NCBI GenBank assembly: GCA_964409225.1
Contig: CAYPCM010000001.1
Location: 32,173-96,172 of the forward strand
Reading direction: 5' to 3'
DNA length: 64,000 nucleotides
Source: an uncultured Candidatus Saccharibacteria bacterium
Lineage (GTDB): Bacteria; Patescibacteriota; Minisyncoccia; JACPXH01
The position numbers were made by a program, and so were the translations under genes. Positions 36,476-46,372 of the stretch are shown piece after piece (positions within the stretch are counted from its first letter, which is position 1; every line of letters starts with the position of its first letter). The notes beneath the pieces were generated by a model that ran no database searches, was not told the origin of the DNA, and worked only from the letters and a program-made list of their open reading frames with translations.

Positions 36476-36961
36476 TATCAAAAATCAAAAAGCAAAGAGC
36501 AAAAATACAGATCAAAAATTCTAAAATACACAACGTGGATAAGAGCGAGCAACGGCGGGCATTCAAAGTGAGGATGTATCGTTACATCTTGTGGTTGGTG
36601 AAGTTTCTGAGCGCGTTGCCGAATGCAACAGTCGTTCGAGAGATAGTGGGTCAATTGATGCGGAGCGGGACGAGCGTTGGCGCGAACTACTTTGAAGCAC
36701 AGAGCGCCAGTTCGAAGAGAGAGTACCAGAATTTCTTTCGTTACTCCCTCAAATCTGCTAACGAGTCGCTCTTTTGGCTTGCGGTGCTGCGAGACGGCGG
36801 TTTTGTGGCGGAGCGTTTACAGGCTGAATGCGCGTGGCTCTTACGGGAAACCAAAGAGTTTGCGAATATCTTTGCCGCAAGCATTCTCACCTTGAAGGGG
36901 AAGCGATAATCTTTCATTTTTACCTTGTATTTTTGCTATTTGATTTTTTATTTTTGATATT
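36474..36961. mobile_element. four-helix-bundle gene cassette bracketed by heptamer-periodic inverted arms
   Basis: 36474-36509 and 36926-36961 are reverse complements at 33 of 36 positions. Confidence 0.7.
36535..36909 (+). CDS. four helix bundle protein (23S rRNA IVS protein family, Avd-like)
   Basis: QLMRSGTSVGANYFEAQSASSKREY.NFF..SLKSANES.FWL. Confidence 0.92.
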   Translation: MDKSEQRRAFKVRMYRYILWLVKFLSALPNATVVREIVGQLMRSGTSVGANYFEAQSASSKREYQNFFRYSLKSANESLFWLAVLRDGGFVAERLQAECAWLLRETKEFANIFAASILTLKGKR

Positions 36962-36967
36962 GTAATC

Positions 36968-38119
36968 ATGCGCGTTGCATTGGTTCACGACTACCTCACC
37001 CAATACGGCGGCTCTGAACGCGTACTCGGGGCGCTGTGCGAATTGTTTCCGGATGCGCCCATTTATACGCTTTTAAGCGATGATCGTCTTACCGGCGGGG
37101 CGTTTCGCCGCTGCGTTATCCGCACCAGTTTTCTGCAGCGTTGGCCTTTGGCACGCCGGCACCATCGGTTGTTTTTGCCGTTTATGCCGCTGGCAGCGGA
37201 ATCGTTCAACCTAGCCGAATACGATCTTGTTATTTCCGATTCAGCCAGTTTTGCCAAGGGGGTTATTACCAAGCCCAGTACGCTGCACATAAACTATTGT
37301 CACACTCCCACTCGCTACCTGTGGCTGGATTCGCACCGGCATGTCGCTGACTTTCCGGCGCCGCGCTTCGCCCGCCGGCTAATGCCAGCGGCTCTTACGT
37401 ATTTGCGGCTGTGGGACATTGAGGCCGCAGGGCGAGTGGATTATTTCGTGGCCAATTCCCGGTGCGTGGCCGAGCGAATAAGAAAGTTTTACCGCCGCGA
37501 GGCCGCAGTAATTTATCCGCCGGTTTTTACTGACCGCTTTCAGGTGGGCGGGCCGCCGCAGGGTGCATACCTCATGGTCGGGCGCCTTCTGCCGTATAAA
37601 AGTTTTGATATCGCCATTCACGCGTTTAATCTCCTGCGCTATCCGCTCATTATCGTGGGCGACGGTCCGGAGCGCCGGCGCCTAGAGCGGCTGGCCGGGC
37701 CCACCGTCAATTTTCTCGGGCTTGTGTCAGACGCCGCGCTCCGGCGCTACTATCAGCATGCGGCCGGGTTTGTATTTGCGGGCGAGGATGATTTTGGCAT
37801 TGCGCCGGTGGAAGCCATGGCGTGCGGACGGCCCGTGATTGCGTATGGCGCCGGCGGGGCGCTGGAAACAGTGGTGGATGGCGTGACCGGCGTTTTCTTC
37901 AGCGAGCAAACGCCAGCGGCGATTGCAGCCGCGGTCAAGCGCGCCGAGCGACTTACGTTTTACCCCGAGCGTATCCGCGAGCACGCGCTAAGGTTTGATG
38001 CGGAGATTTTCAAGCGTGAGTTTCGTGGTTTTGTCGAAATCGCTTGGCAGACGTGGCAGGGCGTGCGGCGGGCTCCAATGCCGGTGCAGGCATCGTTTCC
38101 GATAGGGGTGTCTGCCTGA
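36968..38119 (+). CDS. GT4 glycosyltransferase
   Basis: RVALVHDYL.QYGGSERV, YCHTPTRYLW, EDDFGIAPVEAMACG. Confidence 0.95.
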   Translation: MRVALVHDYLTQYGGSERVLGALCELFPDAPIYTLLSDDRLTGGAFRRCVIRTSFLQRWPLARRHHRLFLPFMPLAAESFNLAEYDLVISDSASFAKGVITKPSTLHINYCHTPTRYLWLDSHRHVADFPAPRFARRLMPAALTYLRLWDIEAAGRVDYFVANSRCVAERIRKFYRREAAVIYPPVFTDRFQVGGPPQGAYLMVGRLLPYKSFDIAIHAFNLLRYPLIIVGDGPERRRLERLAGPTVNFLGLVSDAALRRYYQHAAGFVFAGEDDFGIAPVEAMACGRPVIAYGAGGALETVVDGVTGVFFSEQTPAAIAAAVKRAERLTFYPERIREHALRFDAEIFKREFRGFVEIAWQTWQGVRRAPMPVQASFPIGVSA

Positions 38120-38122
38120 CGC

Positions 38123-39283
38123 ATGAAAGATTTTGCCGTCGGCGTTGATTTGCGGGTGCTTGTGCGCGGCGTGCGCACCGGAATCGAACGGTACACGTGT
38201 GAATTGCTTGAAGAAATCCTCGGTCTAGCCGACAGTCCAAGGTTTGTTGGTTTTTACAACGGCTGGCGGCGTTTGCCGTTTCCGCCCGCGCTGGTTGCCT
38301 CACCGCGCCTTACGGTGCGCGAGCGGGGGATACCGAATCGGCTGCTTTCGTTCGGCATGACTGCTCTTGGCACGCCGCGGTTAGATCGTTTTTTAGGCGA
38401 GGTGGATTGTCTTTGGAATCCGCATTTTTTGGCTGCGGCTGTTTCGCCGCGGGTGCGGCGAGTGGTCACTTTTCACGATCTTTCTTTCGAGCATTACCCC
38501 GAGTTTTTTACGACGACGCAGCGGCTGTGGCATTGGTCGCAAAAGCCACGTTCACAGGCGCGTAAGGCCGATCGCCTCATCGCGGTTTCCCATTCCACGA
38601 AAGCCGACCTGATTAATCTTTACGGCATTGAGCCCGAGCGCATAACCGTGGTGCATTCAGGCGTGTCTCGACGGTTTTGCCCGATTGCGGCAGACGATGC
38701 GGCTTGCGAGCGCTTGAGCCAGCGCACCGGGTTGCGCGAGCCCTACGTGCTTTCACTCGGCACCCTTGAGCCGCGCAAGAACGTAAGGGGTATCATCCGG
38801 GCGTTCGGCGCGCTAGTGGGGAGCGCGCCCCAAACGTTTCGCCACCTGACTCTGGCGATCGCCGGCGCGCCCGGCTGGTTGGCCGGGGATCTTTTTGACG
38901 AGGCGCGCGCAAGTAGGGCGGCAGCGCAGATTAAATTTATCGGTTTTGTGCCGGATGAGTTTCTGCCGGTGCTATACGGTCGTGCTGCGGCTTTTGCCTA
39001 TCCTAGCTTTTTTGAGGGTTTCGGATTTCAGCCGCTCGAAGCCATGGCTTGCGGTGTGCCGGTGGTTGCGTCCAATAATTCGTCGCTCCCTGAAGTGGTT
39101 GGAGATGCAGCGATGATGGTGGATCCTTGGCGACCTGACGAAATTGCGTGGGCCTTGGCAGAGGTGCTTACTCAAAAGGGCCTTGCGGCCGACTTGCGAG
39201 CCCGGGGCCTTGAGCGGGCCCGGCTTTTTTCGTGGCAAAAGTCGGCTCGCCAGACACTCTCGGTTTTGCAGGATCAGGCGTAA
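38123..39283 (+). CDS. GT4 glycosyltransferase (mannosyltransferase-like)
   Basis: [34 protein letters not shown]. Confidence 0.95.
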   Translation: MKDFAVGVDLRVLVRGVRTGIERYTCELLEEILGLADSPRFVGFYNGWRRLPFPPALVASPRLTVRERGIPNRLLSFGMTALGTPRLDRFLGEVDCLWNPHFLAAAVSPRVRRVVTFHDLSFEHYPEFFTTTQRLWHWSQKPRSQARKADRLIAVSHSTKADLINLYGIEPERITVVHSGVSRRFCPIAADDAACERLSQRTGLREPYVLSLGTLEPRKNVRGIIRAFGALVGSAPQTFRHLTLAIAGAPGWLAGDLFDEARASRAAAQIKFIGFVPDEFLPVLYGRAAAFAYPSFFEGFGFQPLEAMACGVPVVASNNSSLPEVVGDAAMMVDPWRPDEIAWALAEVLTQKGLAADLRARGLERARLFSWQKSARQTLSVLQDQA

Positions 39284-39331
39284 GCGCAGAAATAGCTCAC
39301 GCGCGGACCAGACGTGCTATAATCAGTAGCA

Positions 39332-41947
39332 ATGAGGAATATATTTCCTCAACTCTTCGATGTCCGTCCCAGAGGGCGAGATGGGGAGGTGGACTTCGAA
39401 AAAATCAAACGAGTTGAGGCGGTGTTGGATTTGACGAGTAAGGAAAACGATCTGGCAGAGCCGGTGCGTTTAAATCAGGCGCGGGCGTTGCCGGCGGACG
39501 CCGCGTCCGCCGAACTCACCGCCGAAAAGCTCCTGGCAGAGCTTACGGCGATTTACGAGCGCGACGACACCTTAGAGGCCGAGCTGGCGCGTGAGCGGTC
39601 TTACCCCGTTAGAACACCACCAACTTCTGTTGGTGGTGACTATACAATTGTTGATGAGACAGCGCCACCATGCTCTGAAAGCCACGCGCCACCGATTAAA
39701 GTCGCGTTAGTACCAGAGTCGGCAGAACCTCTTGCAGTCAATAACTTTCAGACCGTCCGAAAACGCCAAAATTTAGTCTTCGAGCCTGTCGATGGTTCGA
39801 CAAGCTCACCACAGGGAAGATACATTGGGGGTTTCCCTGCCCCGAGCCACGTCGAGGGGTCGACAAGCTCGAACAATAACGAGTTTTCGGACGGTCTGTT
39901 TATCACGCGGGAAACCGAGGTGCCGAGCATTCCAGAACCGACGTGGCTGCCTGCGCCGGTTACTTTGCCGGCTGTGCCAATGCCCAGAGCCACGGCGCGG
40001 CTCAGCAGTGAGGCGCAGCCGATGGCGTGGCCCGCGCGTTCTGAGCGCCGGCGGGAACTTAAATATTTTGTTGCGGCGGTGTTGGGCTTGGCTGCTGTGC
40101 TTATTGGTTTGGGGTTTGCTGGCCGGGTTATGGCGGTTAAAGCCGTGGTTGAGGCGCGGGTTTTGGTTGGCTTTAAGCGTCTGGCGGCAGCGGAGGAGAG
40201 TGTTGAGAATCGCGACCTCGCCGCCGCGCGAGACGACTTCCAAAAAGCGAGTGCTGAATTTCAGGGGGCGCGCGCGGCGCTTGGCTGGTCCGGGCGCACC
40301 GCGCTATTCGCCGCCCGGATTTGGCCATTGCCTTCAGCTGCGAAGAACGCCTCCCGGGTGCTTGAGGTGGGGGGGTCTTTAGCCGCAGCCGGCGTTGATC
40401 TTGCGACAGTGGCTGAGCGTTTTGTCGCCGGTGGCGCGCTTAAGTCGCTTTTGGGCGAAAACCAAGAAGACATTTTGGTTGAGTCCCGTGAAGCGCTCGA
40501 GCGGGCCACGCGAGCGCTCGACACAGCGCTTGCCTCCAGCGAGCGTATTTCGCCGGAACATCTGCCGGCTGAGGCGCGCGAGCGTTTCGCGGACTTGCGC
40601 CGGGTTATGCCGGTTGTCACTGCCGGCGTGCGCGCTGCCAAACAGGAGTTTGATCTGTGGGCGCCGATGCTTGGGTCAGACATGCCTCGCCGGTACTTGC
40701 TGGTTTTTCAGAATTCGAGCGAATTGCGCCCCACTGGCGGCTTTATCGGCTCATACGCTACCGTGGCGATTGATCAGGGGCGACTTAAAGAGTTTTTAGT
40801 CAACGGCATCTTCGATCCGGACGGCCAACTGGCGGTGAAAGTGGTGCCGCCCCGGCCGCTGCAGCTAATTTCGACCGCTTGGGCCACGCGCGACGCCAAC
40901 TGGTTTTTTGATTATCCGACATCCGCCAAAAAAATCGCCTGGTTTTTTGGCAAAACAGGAGAGCCCTCGGTCGATGGCGTAATTGCTTTTACTCCCGAAG
41001 CGCTCGTGCGTCTTTTGTCTTTGACCGGCCCAATTGCCATGCCGGCGTACGACGAAGTGGTCAGCGCGGAAAATTTTATTGAAGTGGCCCAGCGCGAGGT
41101 GGAGCTCGAGTACGATCCGGTGGTCAACCGCCCGAAGCAGTTTCTGGCGGATTTGGTGATTGAGTTGCTCGAACGGCTCAGGGCGCTGGACCCGCATGAG
41201 CTTGGTAAGATTATTTCTGTCACGGCCGACAGCTTGGCTCAAAAGGACATTCTCATATACCTTGCTGATCCCGAGCGCCAAGCCGAGGTGGCGCGTCGAG
41301 GTTTTGCCGGTGCGGTCACGGACACCAGCGGCGACTATTTGGCGGTTGTGCACACCAATATCAACGGCTACAAATCGGACTACGTCACTGACGACGAACT
41401 TGCGCATGAAACCGCAATTTGGCCGGACGGATCAACAATAAACACCGTGACGGTGAAACGCACCCATCGCGGCGGAAAGACGCCGCACTCTTTTTGGAAT
41501 CAGGTAAATGCCGAATGGCTGCGGGTGTATGCGCCTTTGGGCAGCGAACTCATTTCGGTCTCCGGCGTTACGCGTTTGGAGTCGCGTGAATCCATTGACT
41601 ACAGCCGCGCCGGTTTCCAGAATGACGCGGATGTTGTGGCCGAGGAGGCCAAGCAGCGCAAGGATCCGTTTTCCGGCAGCACTATTGGCGAAGAAGCGGG
41701 CAAGACCGTTTTTGGCAACTGGGTTTTCGTGAAGCCCGGAGAGACGGTTACGGTTTCGTACCGCTACCGTTTGCCGTTTACGCTTCAAAACGGCAGCGTC
41801 CACACTTTGGTTTGGCAAAAGCAACCGGGCACGAAGGCCCGCTTCAGCCACCGCCTGCAGGCGTCTGGTTGGCGCGTGGAAGGTGAGGCAGATGCAGGCG
41901 GAGTTCTGGATCGGGATTTTTTTACCGAAGTTAAGTTGTTTAGGTAG
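39332..41947 (+). CDS. DUF4012 domain membrane-anchored protein carrying in-frame palindromic inserts
   Basis: YLLVFQNSSELRPTGGFIGSY, RDANWFFDYPTSA, KQPG. Confidence 0.85.
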   Translation: MRNIFPQLFDVRPRGRDGEVDFEKIKRVEAVLDLTSKENDLAEPVRLNQARALPADAASAELTAEKLLAELTAIYERDDTLEAELARERSYPVRTPPTSVGGDYTIVDETAPPCSESHAPPIKVALVPESAEPLAVNNFQTVRKRQNLVFEPVDGSTSSPQGRYIGGFPAPSHVEGSTSSNNNEFSDGLFITRETEVPSIPEPTWLPAPVTLPAVPMPRATARLSSEAQPMAWPARSERRRELKYFVAAVLGLAAVLIGLGFAGRVMAVKAVVEARVLVGFKRLAAAEESVENRDLAAARDDFQKASAEFQGARAALGWSGRTALFAARIWPLPSAAKNASRVLEVGGSLAAAGVDLATVAERFVAGGALKSLLGENQEDILVESREALERATRALDTALASSERISPEHLPAEARERFADLRRVMPVVTAGVRAAKQEFDLWAPMLGSDMPRRYLLVFQNSSELRPTGGFIGSYATVAIDQGRLKEFLVNGIFDPDGQLAVKVVPPRPLQLISTAWATRDANWFFDYPTSAKKIAWFFGKTGEPSVDGVIAFTPEALVRLLSLTGPIAMPAYDEVVSAENFIEVAQREVELEYDPVVNRPKQFLADLVIELLERLRALDPHELGKIISVTADSLAQKDILIYLADPERQAEVARRGFAGAVTDTSGDYLAVVHTNINGYKSDYVTDDELAHETAIWPDGSTINTVTVKRTHRGGKTPHSFWNQVNAEWLRVYAPLGSELISVSGVTRLESRESIDYSRAGFQNDADVVAEEAKQRKDPFSGSTIGEEAGKTVFGNWVFVKPGETVTVSYRYRLPFTLQNGSVHTLVWQKQPGTKARFSHRLQASGWRVEGEADAGGVLDRDFFTEVKLFR
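39749..39898. mobile_element. MITE family B, copy 3 (150 bp, in frame, with nested REP-like units)
   Basis: Same TIRs as 9349-9468; interior replaced by ATGGTTCGACAAGCTCACCA...CCCCGAGCCACGTCGAGGGG. Confidence 0.85.
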
Positions 41948-41955
41948 GAGTGTGT

Positions 41956-42152
41956 AAAATTATCAATGGCCAATGTTCAATCAATTTTCAATTATTCAAG
42001 TATCAAACACGTAATTGAAAATTGGACAATTGGATCATTGATTGAAAATTGAGAATTGTAAATTTAGGTTGCCTTTCCCATTTTGATGGTTCGACTCGGT
42101 TCACCATATATATCCTAAGCGAAGTCGAAGGATGATTTTTACATTTTTCATT
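41956..42152. repeat. heptamer hairpin element with adjacent REP-like pair
   Basis: AATTATC/AATGGCC/AATGTTC/AATC... and ...GATTGAAAATTGAGAATTG arms; ATGGTTCGACTCGGTTCACCAT / TCCTAAGCGAAGTCGAAGGA. Confidence 0.7.
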
Positions 42153-42158
42153 AGTTCT

Positions 42159-43868
42159 ATGCCGGTTTGGCGTAAATTCGTAAACGGTGAATATTTGAAG
42201 CGTCTCGTGACCAGCGAGGCCGAGACCATCATGGGCGCAGCGGCGCTCATTGCGCTGTTTGGGCTGGCGAGCCGGCTCTTGGGGCTTGTGCGCGATCGCA
42301 TTCTCGCCGGTTCCTTCGGCGCAGCCGGGCTTGACGTGTATTACGCCGCTTTTGAAGTGCCGGACTTGCTGTATTCTTTTCTCGTGGTCGGCGCCATTTC
42401 GACGGCTTTTATTCCGGTCTTTGCCGATTATTACCGGCGCGATCAAGCCGAGGCGTGGCGCGTGGCCGGCGGACTGTTTGCTCTGTTTTCCGTAGTGTTT
42501 GTGGGGCTCGCAGTCGGGGCCATTATTTTTGCGCCCCAACTCGTGCGGTTTGTTGTGCCCGGTTTTGATCCGGTTCGTCAGGCAGCTGCGACGGAACTGG
42601 CCCGGATTATGTTTCTCTCGCCGGTATTGTTCGGACTCGCTAATGTGCTAGCCAGCGTGCTGCAGTATTTCAGGCGGTTTTTTGTGGTGAGTGCTGCACC
42701 CATTCTCTATAATCTCGGCATCATCGTGGGCGCCCTTGTGTTTGTACCGCGTATGGGTACGGTAGGTCTGGCTTGGGGAGTGGTGCTCGGGGCGCTCATG
42801 TATTTCGTGCTGCATCTCACGGGTTATTTGGGTCTTGGCGGGCGGCTCATGGCATTCCAAGCATTGTGGCATGCGGGCGTGCGCCGCATCATCCTGCAAA
42901 CTATTCCTCGCGCCCTTGGCGTATCCATAAATCAATTGGCCGGACTGGTTGTAATTATGATTGCTTCAGGACTTGCCGCCGGCTCAATTGGCGCTTACAA
43001 CCTCGCTTTGAACTTGCAGGCGGTGCCGGTGGGGCTTTTTGGAGTGGCCATTGCGAGCGCGGCCTTTCCGAAATTGAGTCGCGCTTCGGCTGACCATGAC
43101 GAGCATACGTTCCGTCAGGTCTTGTCTGCCTCAATGCGTCAGACGCTGTTTTTAGTTTTGCCTGCCGCAGTGCTTTTGATTGTGTTGCGCGCGCACATCG
43201 TGCGCGTGGTGTATGGACTCGGCGCTTTCGGCTGGGGTGATACGCGACTTACCGCAGCTGCCCTCGGCATTTTCGCCCTGTCCATCGTCGCGCAGGCCTT
43301 AGTGCCAATCTTGGCGCGCGCATTTTATAGCCAGCACCGGACAGCTGTTCCGGTTGGCGCAAGCATCGGGGCGGTCGCGGCCATTATGGCAGCAGCGGCA
43401 ATGTTCGTGCCGGCCTTTCAAACTGATCGCGTCCTGCATGGGTCGCTCGGGCCTTTACTTAAAGTGGCTGATCTGGCAGACATTCGTATCCTGGGGCTTG
43501 TGCTCGCGTTTTCAGTCGCGGCGTTTTTGAACGCCGGCACCTTGGTTTTGTTTTTGGGCCGGCGCGCACGGGCCGGTTTTGAGAACATCGGGCGTTTAAG
43601 CGTCGCGGCAGCCGTCCTTGCGGCTGCGGCCTATGGCGCGTTATATCTTTTAGCGGGGTTTATTGATACGCGCACGACCTTCGGTGTGTTTTTGCAGGGC
43701 TTTGGCGCTGGGATTATTGGCCTTGTGATGTACGTGGCCTGCGCGCGTTTCCTCGGAGTGGCCGAGGGTGCGGTTATGACCGCGGCCATAGGTGCGGTCG
43801 CAAAGAGGTTTGCGTTTTGGCGCAAGCGCATTCCGCCGGCCATTCGAGAGGACGATAAGCTCGCCTAA
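42159..43868 (+). CDS. murJ: lipid II flippase MurJ
   Basis: SRLLGLVRD, YYAAFEVPD, AFIPVF, AAPILYN, RAFYS. Confidence 0.95.
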   Translation: MPVWRKFVNGEYLKRLVTSEAETIMGAAALIALFGLASRLLGLVRDRILAGSFGAAGLDVYYAAFEVPDLLYSFLVVGAISTAFIPVFADYYRRDQAEAWRVAGGLFALFSVVFVGLAVGAIIFAPQLVRFVVPGFDPVRQAAATELARIMFLSPVLFGLANVLASVLQYFRRFFVVSAAPILYNLGIIVGALVFVPRMGTVGLAWGVVLGALMYFVLHLTGYLGLGGRLMAFQALWHAGVRRIILQTIPRALGVSINQLAGLVVIMIASGLAAGSIGAYNLALNLQAVPVGLFGVAIASAAFPKLSRASADHDEHTFRQVLSASMRQTLFLVLPAAVLLIVLRAHIVRVVYGLGAFGWGDTRLTAAALGIFALSIVAQALVPILARAFYSQHRTAVPVGASIGAVAAIMAAAAMFVPAFQTDRVLHGSLGPLLKVADLADIRILGLVLAFSVAAFLNAGTLVLFLGRRARAGFENIGRLSVAAAVLAAAAYGALYLLAGFIDTRTTFGVFLQGFGAGIIGLVMYVACARFLGVAEGAVMTAAIGAVAKRFAFWRKRIPPAIREDDKLA

Positions 43869-43886
43869 TTGGCTGCCACTTGGCAT

Positions 43887-45761
43887 ATGCAAAAGCAGGT
43901 CCGCAATTTTGTCATCATAAGCCACGTGGACCACGGCAAGTCCACGCTGGCTGACCGTTTGCTTGAACTCACTCAAACCGTGGACTCGCGTCGAATGCGC
44001 AGTCAGTTTTTAGACGCCATGCCCCTTGAGCGGGAGAGGGGGATTACGATTAAATTGCAGCCCGTGCGAATGATCTATCATTCGCAAAATCAAAAATCAA
44101 ATATCAAAAATTTTACCCCGAGCGCAGTCGAGGGGCAAAAAGACGGTACAAACATTTTGAATTTGATTGACACTCCCGGCCACACGGATTTTTCTTACGA
44201 AGTATCGCGGGCGCTGGCGGCGGTGGAGGGGGCGGTATTGCTTGTCGACGCCACTCAAGGCATTCAGGCGCAAACGATCGCCAACCTGCACTTGGCCGAG
44301 CGTCAGGGGCTTATGGTGGTGCCGGTGATAAATAAAATTGACTTGCCCGGCGCGATGGTTGCCGAAACCGAGGCCGAACTACTCGCACTCGGAGCCGGCT
44401 TTGAGGCCAACGACATTTTGCGTCTTTCGGCCAAAACCGGTCAGGGCGTGCCCGCGCTTTTAGCAGCGATTGTAAGTCGCGTGCCAGCGCCTCGGGGCGA
44501 GGCCCATGCGCCTTTGCGCGCGCTCGTATTCGATTCGCATTACGATGCCTATAAAGGCATCGTGGCTTACGTACGAGTGGTAGATGGAGCGGTGCGTGCA
44601 GGCGAAAAACTCATGTTTTTGGGCACCGGTTATGTTGTTGACGCACTGGAAGCGGGCGTATTTGCGCCGGAGCTGAAACCTACGGGCGTGCTTGAGGCCG
44701 GCGAAATAGGCTATGTGGCGACCGGTCTTAAAGAACCGCGGCTTGTGCGCGTCGGAGACACAATTACAAACTCAAAGCTCAAAGCCCAAAACTCAAAAGT
44801 AATCGAACCGCTGCCGGGCTATGCGGAGCCGCAGCCAATGGTGTACGCCAGTTTTTTTGCGAGCCGCGGAAACGAAGCAGATACGCTCGCGGCTTTGCGC
44901 GACGCCCTGGAGAAGCTGCAACTCAACGACGCCGCGCTGGTTTTTACGCCCGAAACCTCCACTGCCCTGGGCCGTGGTTTTCGCTGCGGGTTTCTGGGCA
45001 TTTTGCATCTTGAAATAGTCCGCGAACGGCTTTGGCGCGAGTACGCGCTGGATATTGTGGTGACTTCGCCTTCGGTCGCGTATGAAGTTAAGAACACCCA
45101 TACGGGTGAGGCGCGCATTGTGGCCGCGGCCGCGGATTTTCCGGATCAAACGGGTCATTTGGAGGTGCGTGAGCCGTGGGTGCGGCTCGAACTATTTTTG
45201 CCAGCAGGCGTTTTGGGGGAACTCACGAAGTTACTCCGCAGCCATCGCGCCTTTGTCGTGTCCACCGAAGGGTTTGGCTCCGCACGCTTGCGTGTGGTGG
45301 CTGAAGCGCCGCTCGCTGAAGTGATTGTTGATTTTCACGATCAGCTTAAAAGCGTTTCTTCCGGTTACGCCTCTTTAAGTTACGAATTGATTGATTGGCG
45401 GCCGGCTGATATTGTAAAGCTCGCCATTCTCGTGGCGGGTGCGCCGGTGGAGGCGCTCGCGCTTTTGGTGCCGCGCGAGCGGGCGCAAACAGTGGGTCGC
45501 AGCCGCGTGGAAAAACTCAAAGAAGTGCTGCCGCGCGAGAACTTTGCGGTAGCGCTGCAGGCGGTGATTGGCGGCAAAATAATTGCCCGCGAGACCATTC
45601 CGGCCAGGCGCAAGGACGTAACCGGCTATCTGTACGGCGGCGATTACAGCCGCAAAAAGAAACTGCTCGAAAAACAAAAACGCGGCAAGGCGCGGCTTAA
45701 GGCCTTCGGGCAAGTGACCATTCCGCCCGGGGCTTTTCTGGAGATGCTAAAATCCCGCTAG
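43887..45761 (+). CDS. lepA: elongation factor 4 (LepA)
   Basis: SHVDHGKSTLAD, ERERGITIK, DTPGH, NKID, GFRCGFLG.LHLEI, YGGD.SRKKKLLEKQK. Confidence 0.97.
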   Translation: MQKQVRNFVIISHVDHGKSTLADRLLELTQTVDSRRMRSQFLDAMPLERERGITIKLQPVRMIYHSQNQKSNIKNFTPSAVEGQKDGTNILNLIDTPGHTDFSYEVSRALAAVEGAVLLVDATQGIQAQTIANLHLAERQGLMVVPVINKIDLPGAMVAETEAELLALGAGFEANDILRLSAKTGQGVPALLAAIVSRVPAPRGEAHAPLRALVFDSHYDAYKGIVAYVRVVDGAVRAGEKLMFLGTGYVVDALEAGVFAPELKPTGVLEAGEIGYVATGLKEPRLVRVGDTITNSKLKAQNSKVIEPLPGYAEPQPMVYASFFASRGNEADTLAALRDALEKLQLNDAALVFTPETSTALGRGFRCGFLGILHLEIVRERLWREYALDIVVTSPSVAYEVKNTHTGEARIVAAAADFPDQTGHLEVREPWVRLELFLPAGVLGELTKLLRSHRAFVVSTEGFGSARLRVVAEAPLAEVIVDFHDQLKSVSSGYASLSYELIDWRPADIVKLAILVAGAPVEALALLVPRERAQTVGRSRVEKLKEVLPRENFAVALQAVIGGKIIARETIPARRKDVTGYLYGGDYSRKKKLLEKQKRGKARLKAFGQVTIPPGAFLEMLKSR

Positions 45762-45862
45762 AGACCGATGAGCGGTATGAGCAGGTAGGCGATCATGGAG
45801 ACGGCCGTGAGCACCACTATGACCGCCCAGACGATTCGGACAGTTCGTTTGCGCGCAAACAT
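45758..45862 (-). CDS. 34-aa single-TM small protein (not in ORF track)
   Basis: MFARKRTVRIVWAVIVVLTAVSMIAYLLIPLIGL; basic N-terminus then TM. Confidence 0.55.
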   Translation of the reverse strand: MFARKRTVRIVWAVIVVLTAVSMIAYLLIPLIGL

Positions 45863-45937
45863 TTCACTTTAACTTTAAACTTCGGTTATCGCGTATCGCG
45901 CGTTCGCTCAGGCCTTCAGTATAACACGTTTGCTTGT

Positions 45938-46372
45938 ATGGTTGGCGAGTCAGTACCAAAACATGGTTCTTGGCGGCGACTCGGCGCGTATGCGGCCGCG
46001 TTCGTTCTTTTGGTTGCGCTTGGTTGGCTTGGGGTGGCGGTATGGCGGGAGGCGCGCCGGAGTATGGTGGTTGAAGAGCGTGTGCGTGAGGTGCGCCGCG
46101 AAGTTGAGAAACTCACGGCGAATCGCGACGAGCTCGCGCGCATGCTTACTGCGTTGCAAGACCCGTCTGCGCTTGAGCGCGAAGCCAAGACCCAGCTCAA
46201 CCTGCGCCGGCCAGACGAACGCGTGGTCATTGTGGTGCCGGACGACGGCACGATCTCTGTGGTAGTGCCTACCACCTCTGAAATTACCGCAGCACCTGTC
46301 GCGCCAGAGGGCGCGACAGGCAATCTTCTTTCGTGGTGGGAATACTTTTTCGGCGCGCGCCGGCCTCGTTAG
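45938..46372 (+). CDS. septum formation initiator (DivIC/FtsB family)
   Basis: TM, coiled coil, LEREAKTQLNLRRPDERVV. Confidence 0.85.
   Translation: MVGESVPKHGSWRRLGAYAAAFVLLVALGWLGVAVWREARRSMVVEERVREVRREVEKLTANRDELARMLTALQDPSALEREAKTQLNLRRPDERVVIVVPDDGTISVVVPTTSEITAAPVAPEGATGNLLSWWEYFFGARRPR

Noticed and set aside
36535-36909. Diversity-generating retroelement (Avd-like gene)
   Set aside because: No reverse transcriptase and no TR/VR pair differing only at adenines in this window.
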